Part shown: one piece after another, positions 1 to 9,359 of the stretch
Layout: each line of letters opens with the position of its first letter
How positions within the stretch are numbered: position 1 is the stretch's first letter
From: a virus
Lineage: Duplodnaviria; Caudoviricetes
Length of the DNA: 61,430 bases
Direction: 5' to 3' (one strand)
Virus record (IMG/VR): IMGVR_UViG_3300025574_000085
Span: 1-61,430 of that record
Program-made: the position numbers and the translations under genes
The notes under the pieces: model-generated
The model's input: only the letters and a program-made list of their open reading frames with translations
The model's database searches: none
What the model was told of the DNA's origin: nothing

Positions 1-372
1 TCAGGACTTGGCCGCGGTGCTGCCGGACGTGCTCGCCGTGCCCGTGCTGGTGCCTGTGCCGGTGGCCGGCTTCGCCGGGCTGGTCTGGCCAGCGGCAGCG
101 GCCTGGCTGCCGCTGGTGTCCTTTGCGGCCTGCTCGGTCTCGTCCGCGGCGTCCTTGCGGGCGCTGGTCGCGATCTCTCCGAGGTCGGCCAGCACCTTCG
201 TGAGGGTGTTCACGCTCGCCTGGCTTACCGGTGCGCCGGTCATGACACCGGTGTTCAGGTCACCGATGGCGGCATGGGCGCTGGCCAGGATGGCGGTCAG
301 GCGGTCGGCGAAGTCGGTTAGGACGGCCATGGGTGAAGCCTTTCCGTAGGTGCCGGTCGACAGTGCGGGCAT
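1..372 (-). CDS. hypothetical protein with Ala/Thr/Ser-rich tail
   Basis: 123 aa ORF, co-oriented with neighbouring genes. Confidence 0.6.
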   Translation of the reverse strand: MPALSTGTYGKASPMAVLTDFADRLTAILASAHAAIGDLNTGVMTGAPVSQASVNTLTKVLADLGEIATSARKDAADETEQAAKDTSGSQAAAAGQTSPAKPATGTGTSTGTASTSGSTAAKS

Positions 373-375
373 GGT

Positions 376-519
376 TCAGGTCTCCGTGGTCAGGTGACGG
401 CTGCACAGGCAGTACGGGTGGCAGTTCTTCTCCACCCATGCGCCGGATTCCCACTGCAGCCAGCTAACGCAGCCGCACGAGTATTCGCGGCGGTTGCATG
501 CCATCCAGCAGAGAGCCAT
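376..519 (-). CDS. small Cys-rich hypothetical protein
   Basis: MALCWMACNRREYSCGC...CHPYCLC, read by hand; fills the gap in the operon. Confidence 0.45.
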   Translation of the reverse strand: MALCWMACNRREYSCGCVSWLQWESGAWVEKNCHPYCLCSRHLTTET

Positions 520-522
520 GGC

Positions 523-693
523 TCACACGCCGCTGCGGTAGGTGCGGCCGCCGCGGTTCCAGCCCCACGCGACCTCGGCGGCGACGAGGGCCCCGCCGAT
601 GATGATCAGCCAGATGATCGCGGCCGGGTACTTGCCCGTGAGCTGCAGGATGGCCGCGATCACATAGAGGACAAAGCCGAGGATGGCGAGCAT
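523..693 (-). CDS. small membrane protein (2 TM)
   Basis: MLAILGFVLYVIAAILQL...IIWLIIIGGALV, read by hand; GGAGGG RBS upstream. Confidence 0.65.
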   Translation of the reverse strand: MLAILGFVLYVIAAILQLTGKYPAAIIWLIIIGGALVAAEVAWGWNRGGRTYRSGV

Positions 694-710
694 GGTTTAT
701 CCCTCCGCGA

Positions 711-944
711 TCAGGTCAGCACTTCGCTGTCGTAGTGCTGGGCCGCGATCATCCTCCGGCCGTCCGCGTTCCTGCGGGTGACCTGGATGTTTCGGTCCTG
801 GGCCGTGGCACCGCCAGAGATCTGGAGGGGAGCGCCTTCGTGGCCCGTAATCTCATGCGCGCCGTCGGGGATGTCGCCGTAGCTGCCGCTGATCTCCAGC
901 TTGCCGCCCTGGCTCTTTACGGTGATTCCGTACGTCATGCTCAC
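711..944 (-). CDS. hypothetical protein
   Basis: 77 aa ORF with GGAGG RBS. Confidence 0.6.
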   Translation of the reverse strand: MSMTYGITVKSQGGKLEISGSYGDIPDGAHEITGHEGAPLQISGGATAQDRNIQVTRRNADGRRMIAAQHYDSEVLT

Positions 945-969
945 GCCTCCGCGATCAGGTCAGGGTCTT

Positions 970-1803
970 TCACCAGAGCGGGACTTCAATCGCGCTGGGG
1001 TGGATGTAGACGAGATCCCAGCCGCCGTCAGCGGCTGCTTCGGTCTCGGCGTCCGCGTCGGGGACACGTTCCCAGCCATGGCCGGTGAGACGGTACCAGC
1101 CGCTCTCGCGGGGAAGCTCACGGTCAGCCATGGCTCGTTTCCGGAGATGCGTCGCGTGCCCAAAGAGTAACTCAATTCCGCTGGGTGCGGCGGCAGGCGC
1201 GAGGAACGGCACCAGCGCGCCATGGAGTTCCATGGCTTCCTCCAGATTGACTGCGATGCGGCGAAGCCGCTCCGGGTCGTCGCGTGCATACCCGATGATG
1301 ATGTTGCATCGGGTGCAGGCAATCCCCCGGCGGCACGCTGGGCACGACTTCTTGCGCCCGCAGCAATCATGCCGATGATCCATGACGGCCTTGCTGTTCC
1401 CGTTGGGGCCTTCCATCCGCAGCTCATCACCACAGAGGTAGCAGCATCCTTGCTGCGCTTCCCACATCGCATCCCACTCGTCACGTCGCATTCCGTGCCT
1501 GCGGCGCAGTTCGCCATCCCGGTCCTTGCTTTTGTCCCGGATCTCCTTGTTCCGTGCGTTGATCTTCTCGCGGTTCGCGGCGTAACGAGCACGCGCGAGC
1601 CCTCGCGCGTGCTCGGGGTTGGCGGCACGCCGGGCACGTACCTGAGCGTTTACCTTGTCCGCATTGGCGGCGCGGTAGGCCCGCTGCCATTCCATGATCT
1701 CTTCGGAGTGTCTCGTGTAGCGGCGCCGCGCTGCCGCACGCCGCTTCTCCGCCTGCTCCGGAGTCTCATTTTCTCGCCACCTCGCTCGCGTCATAGGCAT
1801 CAT
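970..1803 (-). CDS. endonuclease VII-family (HNH) nuclease
   Basis: CYLC...DHRHDCC...RGIACTRCNIIIG.ARDDP motif; basic N-terminal repeats. Confidence 0.8.
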   Translation of the reverse strand: MMPMTRARWRENETPEQAEKRRAAARRRYTRHSEEIMEWQRAYRAANADKVNAQVRARRAANPEHARGLARARYAANREKINARNKEIRDKSKDRDGELRRRHGMRRDEWDAMWEAQQGCCYLCGDELRMEGPNGNSKAVMDHRHDCCGRKKSCPACRRGIACTRCNIIIGYARDDPERLRRIAVNLEEAMELHGALVPFLAPAAAPSGIELLFGHATHLRKRAMADRELPRESGWYRLTGHGWERVPDADAETEAAADGGWDLVYIHPSAIEVPLW

Positions 1804-2012
1804 TATGCCAGCCAGGGGGCCAATGCCGCATGTAGCCGGAGTATCTCAGTCGCGTCGTACTCGGGCGCTGGGCGTCCCGCGCGGCCGGTGTAGCGGTGAC
1901 CGGCGGGCATCCAGCCGAGGGCATGGACGATCTGCCGCAGCTGCCGCTCGGACAGGGGCGGGTCCAAAACCTGGCTTGCTTCGGCCAAGGTGAGAGAGAC
2001 CGCCGACGCCAT
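1803..2012 (-). CDS. small HTH DNA-binding protein
   Basis: LTLAEASQVL...LSERQLRQIV...YDATEI. Confidence 0.6.
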   Translation of the reverse strand: MASAVSLTLAEASQVLDPPLSERQLRQIVHALGWMPAGHRYTGRAGRPAPEYDATEILRLHAALAPWLA

Positions 2013-2052
2013 GATGCTCTATGGTGCACGACACGGCTCATGGTGTGCATGC

Positions 2053-2631
2053 TCATGGCGCCACCAGGCCGTCGTTCCAGCGAATCAGCGGGTCGCCGGT
2101 GAGCCGGGAGACGTCCATCCGCCCGACCGGGTGGTGCCCGTCCGCGTCCCGGCAAGCCCCGTATCTCAGACACGTAACGGTGCCTTCGCGGGGCTGGACG
2201 CGGAGCATCGTGCAGCCGCAGTACGGGCAGGCGACGCCATGGACGCGCCGCCATGGCTCGACCTCGTCCACGGCGGGCAGTTCCTGGATCTGCCGCACAA
2301 GCCGGTCCAGGTGCCGCGCCGTGACGGCGATAGCCGCGCCGCTGACGTTGGCGTGACTGAGGGCCTCGATGGCGGCGATGGCGGCCATGGTGGCGGCGTC
2401 GGAGCCGCCGCGGCGGCGTGCGGGCAGCCCGGCTTCCATGCGCAGGGCCAGCTCCAGGTGGCGGACACCGGCGTGGGCGTCCATCTCCGCGTTGGCGGCG
2501 GCACTATTCCAAGGCGGGCGCGGGCCTGGCTTGCCTTTCCCAGACGAGCCGTCAGCATCCTGCTCAGCTATCAGCGCGGCGGCGACCGGCAGCCAGTTAG
2601 CAAGATCCGCACAGGATTCACTAAGGCTCAT
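2053..2631 (-). CDS. conserved phage protein with C-terminal Zn ribbon
   Basis: Starts MSLSESCADL at an ATGA overlap with the upstream stop; CPYC...C...C motif. Confidence 0.65.
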   Translation of the reverse strand: MSLSESCADLANWLPVAAALIAEQDADGSSGKGKPGPRPPWNSAAANAEMDAHAGVRHLELALRMEAGLPARRRGGSDAATMAAIAAIEALSHANVSGAAIAVTARHLDRLVRQIQELPAVDEVEPWRRVHGVACPYCGCTMLRVQPREGTVTCLRYGACRDADGHHPVGRMDVSRLTGDPLIRWNDGLVAP

Positions 2632-3401
2632 GGCTGCCGCCACGTCAAGCCTGCTAGCGCAACGCTCATGGTCGAAGCGTCCACTTGATGCTCTCGCGCC
2701 AGAGCGGCGATGGTTGCGCCCGCCGCTCGGCGGAGTCGGCATTCCGCGACGATGGCCCATGACAGCTTGGCGTTGCCATTGACATCGCCGGACGGGGAGA
2801 AGTGCGTCACAGTGCCGTCGCGAACCTTGTCTGCCGAGTTCTCGGCGGGCGTGCCGTAAGACAGGTTGACGGCGCGATTGTCCAGCTTCCCGCTGGGACC
2901 GTGGCGAACCTGCTGGCCCGGCGGACATGGCCTAATGAACGCGGCAGCAACGAGCCCGTGCACGCTGACCGTGAGGTGGTCCCCTGAGCGGCTGAGGGTG
3001 ACCGCGAGGTAACGGCGGCGAATGCGCGGAGCCAGGATTCTGCCCTCGCGCCTGGTGCGGCCATGGGGCCCGTTCCTGATCTCGCGGGGCAGGCTCCGCA
3101 CCCGGCCAAGGTCGCTGACCTCGTACAGGCCTTCGAACCCGGCAATTGGCCGCCAGGTCTCGTCGGTAGCATCGTTCATGTCGCACCTCACAGCAGGTGT
3201 GGCCACGCCCCGGGGCCGGTTGCACGGTCGCCGGGGCCTACCCGTAAATTCTATCGTTTTCACGCCGCTACCAGGTCGTCTTGCCACAGCCGCGCGCCGT
3301 TCCACGGTGGTGCCGTCGGCGTCGGGCTCGGTGATGAGGGCGGCGGCGATGGGCAGCCACGCGGCGATAGCCGCGCACGACTCAGCCAGGTCAGCGGTCA
3401 T
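2628..3401 (-). CDS. NUMOD4-HNH homing endonuclease with N-terminal remnant of the target gene (internal start likely at 3179)
   Basis: WRPIAGFEGLYEVSDLGRVRS (NUMOD4); VHGLVAAAF...RH...DNRAVNLSYGT..EN (HNH). Confidence 0.85.
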   Translation of the reverse strand: MTADLAESCAAIAAWLPIAAALITEPDADGTTVERRAAVARRPGSGVKTIEFTGRPRRPCNRPRGVATPAVRCDMNDATDETWRPIAGFEGLYEVSDLGRVRSLPREIRNGPHGRTRREGRILAPRIRRRYLAVTLSRSGDHLTVSVHGLVAAAFIRPCPPGQQVRHGPSGKLDNRAVNLSYGTPAENSADKVRDGTVTHFSPSGDVNGNAKLSWAIVAECRLRRAAGATIAALAREHQVDASTMSVALAGLTWRQP

Positions 3402-3589
3402 GGTGCCTCAGCGCGGATGCCATGGCGCTCCAGTGCCGTCTCGTACAGCGTCGTGAATTCGGTTGGGTGCTCGCGGGCGAGCGCTTCAAGGGCCTCCCGA
3501 CGCGCCCTGCTGCGCCGTCGATTGCGCTCGACGTACTCGGGGTGTGCGGCGCGGTAGGTGCGCTCGGCCTCGACGTTGCGTGGGCTCAT
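3398..3589 (-). CDS. hypothetical protein
   Basis: MSPRNVEAER...; coupled by ATGA overlaps. Confidence 0.55.
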   Translation of the reverse strand: MSPRNVEAERTYRAAHPEYVERNRRRSRARREALEALAREHPTEFTTLYETALERHGIRAEAP

Positions 3590-3771
3590 GAGGCCGCCCG
3601 GTAGGCGCGGTAGCTGGTGGTCTTCGCGGTGGATTCGCTGGTCAGGTGCCAGAAGCCGCCGTCGCACCGGTAGGCCCGCAGCTTGCCGCGGGTCCGCCGG
3701 AACCGTCGCGCCTCCTGCCGGGCGTGCTTGCGGGTCAGGAACCGGATCTTCCCGCACGCGCATTCAGCCAT
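3586..3771 (-). CDS. small Zn-binding phage protein
   Basis: CACGKIRF...RAYRCDGGFWHLTS motif. Confidence 0.6.
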   Translation of the reverse strand: MAECACGKIRFLTRKHARQEARRFRRTRGKLRAYRCDGGFWHLTSESTAKTTSYRAYRAAS

Positions 3772-4000
3772 GGCCGTCCCTCGGGTCCACGGGGGCGCCG
3801 GTGGCGTCAATCACCATCACCGGCGTGGTTGCTGGGTCTCGCCCGGACAGGATCAGCAGGCAGTCGAAGCACACGCCCTCATCCGGGCCAGGATTGCTGG
3901 CACCCACGCCGTAGTAGTCATCCAGCGGCGTGCACTGGTAGGTGCGCTTGCAGCGCTGGCAGGTCACTTGCTGCCATTGGATCGCCTCGTTCAGGTCCAT
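3764..4000 (-). CDS. small CxxC hypothetical protein
   Basis: CQRC...CFDC. Confidence 0.55.
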   Translation of the reverse strand: MDLNEAIQWQQVTCQRCKRTYQCTPLDDYYGVGASNPGPDEGVCFDCLLILSGRDPATTPVMVIDATGAPVDPRDGHG

Positions 4001-4348
4001 GGCGTGTCCTTGAGGCGTGCCTTGCGGCGCCGGTCGCGCTTCGTCTTGGCGTTGCGAGCCTCCGCCTCGCGGCGCTTGACGACCCGGAGGTCTCGCGCCG
4101 CGCCTTTCCGCTGCGGCCCGTGCCAGGCGCTCATGGGCGCCACGTCACGTACATGTTGCGCGGGGAATGCGTGCACTCCCAGCAGATCGACGCCCCCATA
4201 GCAATCGCCCACGGGACGCAACCAGCCATTCCCCAGAAAGAGCCGGTCGCCAGGAGGATTGGCCAGGACACGGCGTGGGCCAGGATGAGCGTTATCCACA
4301 TCCATTTGAGCCATGGATTTCTGAGGCCGCATCCAGTACGCATCCGCG

Positions 4349-4795
4349 TCACCACTCGCTGCCCATGGTCGCGCTCAGCAGCGCCGGCAGCGAGGCGGGG
4401 ACGGGACCTGGCTCCCATTTCGGCGGGCAGTCCCAGACCATCGTGGCGGCCTTGCGGACGAGGACGCGGGTGGGGTGCCTGCGGGGCAGCCGCCGCTTCT
4501 CCCGACGGGCGGTGTCGGCCTCGTCGAGCTGGCACAGGCGGCCACGGTCGCCTAGGTAGCCGACCTCGGCTTCGAGGAGGACGAGGGTCTTCTGCACCTG
4601 CCGCGTGCCCGGTGCGGCCTGTACCGGCGCCGGGAGCGCGGGTGGCGGTGAGGGGGTGGTGAGGTCGTGGCGGGGCCGCGGCGGGTTCTTCAGGAGGGTG
4701 ATCTCTGACCGGGTGAACGGGTGTGTGATGTCCCGCCGGACCGGGGCTTCGATGGCGAGGCGGTCGGCGTGCTGGCCGCGGTGGAAGAGGCTCAT
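4349..4795 (-). CDS. hypothetical protein
   Basis: MSLFHRGQH... start coupled to the upstream stop. Confidence 0.45.
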   Translation of the reverse strand: MSLFHRGQHADRLAIEAPVRRDITHPFTRSEITLLKNPPRPRHDLTTPSPPPALPAPVQAAPGTRQVQKTLVLLEAEVGYLGDRGRLCQLDEADTARREKRRLPRRHPTRVLVRKAATMVWDCPPKWEPGPVPASLPALLSATMGSEW

Positions 4796-5205
4796 GCGTG
4801 CCTCCCGGACCATGCCATCACCATGCGTGACCAGTCCGGATACCACTCGATCGCTGGCAGCGTGTGGAAAACGTTCTCGCGCGGGCCAACGATCACCAGG
4901 CGCTTGCCGAGCCCGAGCGCCAGCCCGAACTCGACGTGACGCCCGCCTTTCCCGCCGCCGCCCGCCGAGGTGAACGAGATCACCGTGTCGGCGGCTTCGA
5001 GGTCTTCGAGGTCGACGCGGGCGTACTTCGCGCACTCGTCCGGCTGGGCGTTCAGCTTCTCAGCGACGAACGACTCCAGCAGGTTCCCGCCGTGCTGATC
5101 GATCCAGCGGGAGGTGACCTCGTGGCCGAGCGCCTGGAGGACGTCGCGGACGCCCCGCATCTCGTCGTTCCGGCTGTAGCGGGCGGCTAGGTAGATCTTG
5201 CTCAT
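4792..5205 (-). CDS. nucleoside 2-deoxyribosyltransferase-like protein
   Basis: KIYLAA...DLEDLEAAD...GRHVEFGLALGLGK pattern of the NDT fold. Confidence 0.75.
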   Translation of the reverse strand: MSKIYLAARYSRNDEMRGVRDVLQALGHEVTSRWIDQHGGNLLESFVAEKLNAQPDECAKYARVDLEDLEAADTVISFTSAGGGGKGGRHVEFGLALGLGKRLVIVGPRENVFHTLPAIEWYPDWSRMVMAWSGRHA

Positions 5206-5492
5206 GCGGTTCTCCTGGTGTCGCGGATGGGTTCGTGGCTGCCGCATGGCCCGTGGTCCCAGACATGGATCAGGGCCAGGCAGCGACGGCAATGGCGGTA
5301 CTGGGGCAGGGATTTGGCGGCGAGGGGATGGCAGGCGAGGCACCGCTGCGGCCCGTCCGGGGTATCCATTTGCCGGGTGCCTTTCTGGCACTGGCCGCAC
5401 CATTCCGGGGCTGCGCCTTTGAATTTGCCGTTGTCGGCATCCAATTCAAATCGCCCTTTCGTCTCGCTTGTGGATAACCTCGCGCGTTCCAC
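5202..5492 (-). CDS. Zn-finger hypothetical protein
   Basis: WCGQC...RCLACHP...HCRRC. Confidence 0.5.
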   Translation of the reverse strand: MERARLSTSETKGRFELDADNGKFKGAAPEWCGQCQKGTRQMDTPDGPQRCLACHPLAAKSLPQYRHCRRCLALIHVWDHGPCGSHEPIRDTRRTA

Positions 5493-5693
5493 CGGTACCG
5501 GTGAGGTCAGGTGCTTCAGGGGGTTGGCTTGGTGTCTTGGTTAAGTTCTTAAGGTCCTGCTCTTAGGTGGGGTGAACTGAGTTCACATGATCCGGGCTAT
5601 CAGGTGAACTCAGTTCACGTGTTCCTGTCGCTCAGATCATGTGAACTACGATCAGGTGATCTGAGTTCACGTGTTCAAGGTGGGTTATCCACA
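5469..5693. promoter_or_regulatory. putative replication origin: palindromic iterons bracketed by two DnaA boxes
   Basis: TGTGGATAA 5469-5477 and TTATCCACA 5685-5693; GTGAACTnAGTTCAC at 5572-5586 and 5604-5618, half-sites at 5641 and 5664; AT-richer tract near 5540. Confidence 0.7.
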
Positions 5694-6070
5694 GGCTGTG
5701 ACGGCACCCGGTAGGCCGGGTCAAGCATCGGCACCCGGTCAAGAATGTCCTTCGGAATTGTCAGCCGGTACACGTCAGACATTGCCCGCCGCCCCTGTTT
5801 GCTGCCTTCGCAATAGCGCCACATAAGCTCCCATTCGCGTATCTGCGCCAGCGCGTTTATAACCGCTCGCGTGCTCATCTCGCCGCATATCGCGCTGAGG
5901 ACGACATTGCCCGGGTGGATATTCGCGCCGTCGTTGTAGTCGGCAAAATAGGCTGCCATCGCGCCGACGAGCTTCACCGACTGGGCCGCGCGGACCCGGA
6001 CCCACACGCGCATCCATTCGTGGGGGCCGACCGCCATCAGTCCCTCGGGCGGCTCGGGCGGCTTGGTCAC
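5675..6070 (-). CDS. HTH replication initiator-like protein
   Basis: A.YFADYNDGANIHPG...MSTRAVINAL...YRLTIP; adjacent to iterons. Confidence 0.65.
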   Translation of the reverse strand: MTKPPEPPEGLMAVGPHEWMRVWVRVRAAQSVKLVGAMAAYFADYNDGANIHPGNVVLSAICGEMSTRAVINALAQIREWELMWRYCEGSKQGRRAMSDVYRLTIPKDILDRVPMLDPAYRVPSQPVDNPP

Positions 6071-6309
6071 TCACGTTGTCCTGTTCTCCGGTTCGGCATG
6101 GATGGATGGGCCTGCGGTGGTGCGGGCCGCGCCTAACGGGCTCACCGCCCGTACGTCCGCGCCCCACGTCCCACGCGGCCCCAGCACCGGAATCCGCCGC
6201 CACACACTGGCCTCATGGGATGCCTCCCACCAGAACATCAGCGAGGCGCTTGAGAGCATCTGCCGCCCGTCCGGCGCGGTCAGCACGACCACCCACACCC
6301 GCCCGGCGC

Positions 6310-6534
6310 TCACGGCGCGGCCGCCTGGATCGGTGAGCCGCGCTCCTCGGCGCACACTGAGCATTCGGGAATCCGGAGCCATGTCGTGTTGTCGAGGATG
6401 TCGTGACCGGGGCCGACGACGTGTTCCAGGTAGAGGTCGCCGAACCTAATCCAGCGCGAGCAGGAGACGTAAGCACTGCTGCAGCGCCGCTCCTTCCGAG
6501 CACGGCGCACGGTCGTCCGCTCAACCGCCATCAC
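6310..6534 (-). CDS. small Zn-ribbon protein
   Basis: ARKERRC...C...I.FGDLY...CSVC. Confidence 0.55.
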   Translation of the reverse strand: MMAVERTTVRRARKERRCSSAYVSCSRWIRFGDLYLEHVVGPGHDILDNTTWLRIPECSVCAEERGSPIQAAAP

Positions 6535-6754
6535 TCACCCCCGCGTGCTCGATCGCCCACGCCTCGGCTTGCCGCTCAGCCTCGAAGTAGCCCCTGATGA
6601 AGGCGTCCCGCTCGTCCAGGCCGAGGATTGCCGTGGAGCGTCCCACGGTGACCAGGACGGCGTCGCAGTCGGCCCGCAGCCGGACCTTCAGGCCCATCGC
6701 GTCGAGCAGCTCACCGGCGTCCTGGAGGCCGCCCGGCGGCCTGCCGCTAGGCAT
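6521..6754 (-). CDS. hypothetical protein
   Basis: 77 aa ORF in the early operon. Confidence 0.5.
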   Translation of the reverse strand: MPSGRPPGGLQDAGELLDAMGLKVRLRADCDAVLVTVGRSTAILGLDERDAFIRGYFEAERQAEAWAIEHAGVSDGG

Positions 6755-6861
6755 CGGCGCCCTCCGGCTTCTCGCCGCTCTCTGCCCTGTATGACGGGTC
6801 GGTCCGGTCGAACCATTCCTGCGCGGTCTCGGTGCCGTTCCACTGGTATTCCAGGTCGGCG

Positions 6862-8163
6862 TCAGCCATCGCTGCCCTCCGGCTTCTCGCCGTCAACGAG
6901 CAGCGCAATGAGCGCGTCCCGTGACCCCTCGCACCCCTCCAGCGTGCTGATGAGCGTGCTGGCCTCGTTGACGGACAGGTCCGAGGACGACCCCAGCTCC
7001 CGGCCCGCGATCTGCGAGGCGGCCACGAGCCGCTGCTCCCGCTCCTTGCCGGTGAACCCGAGTCCGGTGAACAGCGCGCCGAGCTTGGTCAGCTGCGCCC
7101 TGGTGACCGTGCCGGGCGTGTCGTAGTCGCTGTCTGCACTGAAGACGGCGCCATCCCTCTGGTCCGTATCCGAGGTAGCCGCGTCTCCATTCGTGGGGAC
7201 CTCTTGCTCGTCTGGAGCCTCCCCCGCGGACTCCGCTGGGGGGGTTTGCGGAGCTGCAGCAGGGTGCTGCCGCTCCGCGGGGGAGGCGTCTGGGGGCGCG
7301 CTGGCCGCCTGGCGGGCGAGGTCGCCGACGTGGACGGGCTGGGCAGCTTGAACGAGGCCCCTGAGGCGGAGCCGGATGCGGTTCTGTATGTGCGTGGCCT
7401 GGCCGGGGGTGCACTGGCCGTCGCGGGCGGCGGTGGCGGCGTCGCGCCAGATCTGCTGCCCGGCCGCCTCGGTGGTGAATGTGGCCGCCTCCTCGAGCAG
7501 GCGCATGGCCGGTGTCGGGCCGTCGTCCGCCGCGGCGGCGGTGTCCTCGCCGCCGTCTTCAGCGCTGAACAGGCCGGCGGCGGCGGTGGCATCGACCGTG
7601 GCACCGACGAGGGCGCGCTTCTGCGCCATCCTGATGATGGTGTTCCAGGGTGCCCGGTATTCGGTGAGGTGCTTCCACTTGTTCGGGTTGGCTACCCTGC
7701 GGTCTTTCTCAGCCCACATCCGCTCCTTGGCCTCGGCCTTGAACTGGGCCTGCTCGGCGGTGGTGAAGAATTTGGCCTCGTCGTAGCCCGCGTAGCCCTC
7801 GCAGGTCGCGACGGTGACGATGTGGCCGCCGGGCAGCTGCCTGGTGATGGTGGCCCGGTAGGTGACGCCTTCCTTGCGGTTGTCGCTGTCGTACTCGGTT
7901 TCGGTGCGGTCGCAGGTGAACGCGAGGCCGAACCACTGGAGCAGCTTCTCCGCGCCCGGCTTGAACAGAACCTTTCTGTCATCGGTGCCCGGTATGGTGC
8001 CGTAGTCCACGCTTTCGCGGAGCACGGCGAGGGTGCAGGCGCGCAGCTGGGCGTCCAGGGCCTTGGCGTCCTCAGGCGTCATGACGATCCGCGCCCGGTA
8101 TTCCTCCACCTGCCCGCCGGTGTAGGGCATCAGGCCGGTTTCGGGTGTCTCTGTAGCTGTCAT
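6862..8163 (-). CDS. putative ssDNA-annealing/recombination protein
   Basis: DYGTIPGT..K.LFKPGAEKL and NTIIRMAQKRALVGA motifs; start MTATETPE inferred at 8163. Confidence 0.6.
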   Translation of the reverse strand: MTATETPETGLMPYTGGQVEEYRARIVMTPEDAKALDAQLRACTLAVLRESVDYGTIPGTDDRKVLFKPGAEKLLQWFGLAFTCDRTETEYDSDNRKEGVTYRATITRQLPGGHIVTVATCEGYAGYDEAKFFTTAEQAQFKAEAKERMWAEKDRRVANPNKWKHLTEYRAPWNTIIRMAQKRALVGATVDATAAAGLFSAEDGGEDTAAAADDGPTPAMRLLEEAATFTTEAAGQQIWRDAATAARDGQCTPGQATHIQNRIRLRLRGLVQAAQPVHVGDLARQAASAPPDASPAERQHPAAAPQTPPAESAGEAPDEQEVPTNGDAATSDTDQRDGAVFSADSDYDTPGTVTRAQLTKLGALFTGLGFTGKEREQRLVAASQIAGRELGSSSDLSVNEASTLISTLEGCEGSRDALIALLVDGEKPEGSDG

Positions 8164-8501
8164 GACGTGTGCCTTCCTTCGAGCCAGTTCAGGTAGTCCT
8201 GGTCCTTGCGGGACAGCTGAGTGAACGTGGTGTGGTCGTACGTGCAGCCGGGATACGTGCAGTTGGCCGGGCAGGTGCACCGCCCATAGCCCCCGTCCCG
8301 GCACAGCGTGCACAGCAGGGCCAGCACCGACGCGATCTGCACGTCGGCCGCGTCCTCCGCCTGCCGGCGGGCGGCCCGCGTGCCCCGCCAGCCCCGTACC
8401 AGGTCGGCGGCGGCGACGGCGGCGAGGGCGGTGACAACGAAGGGCGCGGCGATGACCACGATCAGGCAGGCTTTCAGCAGCAGCGGCGGGAACGGGGTCA
8501 T
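8160..8501 (-). CDS. membrane protein with Cys cluster
   Basis: N-terminal TM segment; CTLC...CTC...C...C. Confidence 0.5.
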   Translation of the reverse strand: MTPFPPLLLKACLIVVIAAPFVVTALAAVAAADLVRGWRGTRAARRQAEDAADVQIASVLALLCTLCRDGGYGRCTCPANCTYPGCTYDHTTFTQLSRKDQDYLNWLEGRHTS

Positions 8502-8767
8502 GACGCACCCGCCGTCCGGAGGGCCCGCTGGTAGCGGAGGATGGTGCGCTCTTTGACGCCGAGCCTTCTGGCGGCCTCCTCGAGAGTGACTTCGCCGGGC
8601 CCGGGGTGCCCGGTGCTGGCCAGCCGCATGGTGGCGAGGAGGGCGAGCCGCGCATCCCGCGTGCGCTGGGCGTCGGTGGGCTCCCGTTGGCGCCCGGTGC
8701 GGGGCGGGGGCATGGCGGGTGCCGGGATGGGCTGGCCACGCCAGCGGTACGGCTTCGGTTCGGCCAT
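8498..8767 (-). CDS. HTH protein
   Basis: VTLEEAARRLGVKERTILRY. Confidence 0.6.
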   Translation of the reverse strand: MAEPKPYRWRGQPIPAPAMPPPRTGRQREPTDAQRTRDARLALLATMRLASTGHPGPGEVTLEEAARRLGVKERTILRYQRALRTAGAS

Positions 8768-8802
8768 GCCGTTACAGGGACCGCCGAGGCCCATCGCGGT
8801 GA

Positions 8803-9105
8803 TCATGACCGCCGTCCCTGGCCCCGCCGCCACGTCAGGGTGAACTCGAACGGGGCGCCCGGGTCGCCCAGCTCATCGAGGGCACCGATGAAGTTCCCGG
8901 CGGATTGGGGCAGGGGGGCCCATATCTCGCTGTCCGGCAGGAAGACGACGGCCCGGTAGCCGCCGACCGCGACCACTGAGCCTTCGGGCAGGAGGTCCCC
9001 GAGCGCGCGGATGATCGCCAGGGCGGCCGGGCACTCATGGCAGTTGCGGGGCTTACCGTGCGCGATGTCCCACGGGGTGACCCGCACGAGGGTTGCCTGT
9101 TCCAT
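8803..9105 (-). CDS. hypothetical protein
   Basis: MEQATLVRVTPWDIAHG...CHECPAALAI. Confidence 0.55.
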   Translation of the reverse strand: MEQATLVRVTPWDIAHGKPRNCHECPAALAIIRALGDLLPEGSVVAVGGYRAVVFLPDSEIWAPLPQSAGNFIGALDELGDPGAPFEFTLTWRRGQGRRS

Positions 9106-9359
9106 CACGTCTGCTCCCCTGTGTAGATGACGGTGGCGCTGGTGAAGAGGGGCACGGAGCACAGGACGGCCCGGTATTCCGCCTCGCTGATGAGCCCCCG
9201 CCGGTACGCCCTCCCGAACCGGGACACGTGCAGGCCCCGGGTGCCGCCCCGGTCCTCGCACGCCAGCGCGGCCAGCTGCCCGCACAGCCCGCACCGCACC
9301 AGCCGGGTGACCTCGCAGATGCCGGCCAGGTCGCGCGGCGGCGCATCGGTGGCGGTCAT
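9105..9359 (-). CDS. Zn-finger protein
   Basis: CGLC...C...H.SR. Confidence 0.5.
   Translation of the reverse strand: MTATDAPPRDLAGICEVTRLVRCGLCGQLAALACEDRGGTRGLHVSRFGRAYRRGLISEAEYRAVLCSVPLFTSATVIYTGEQT

Noticed and set aside
6862-8739. 625 aa ORF as a single gene
   Set aside because: The upstream part overlaps two better genes; the start is placed at 8163
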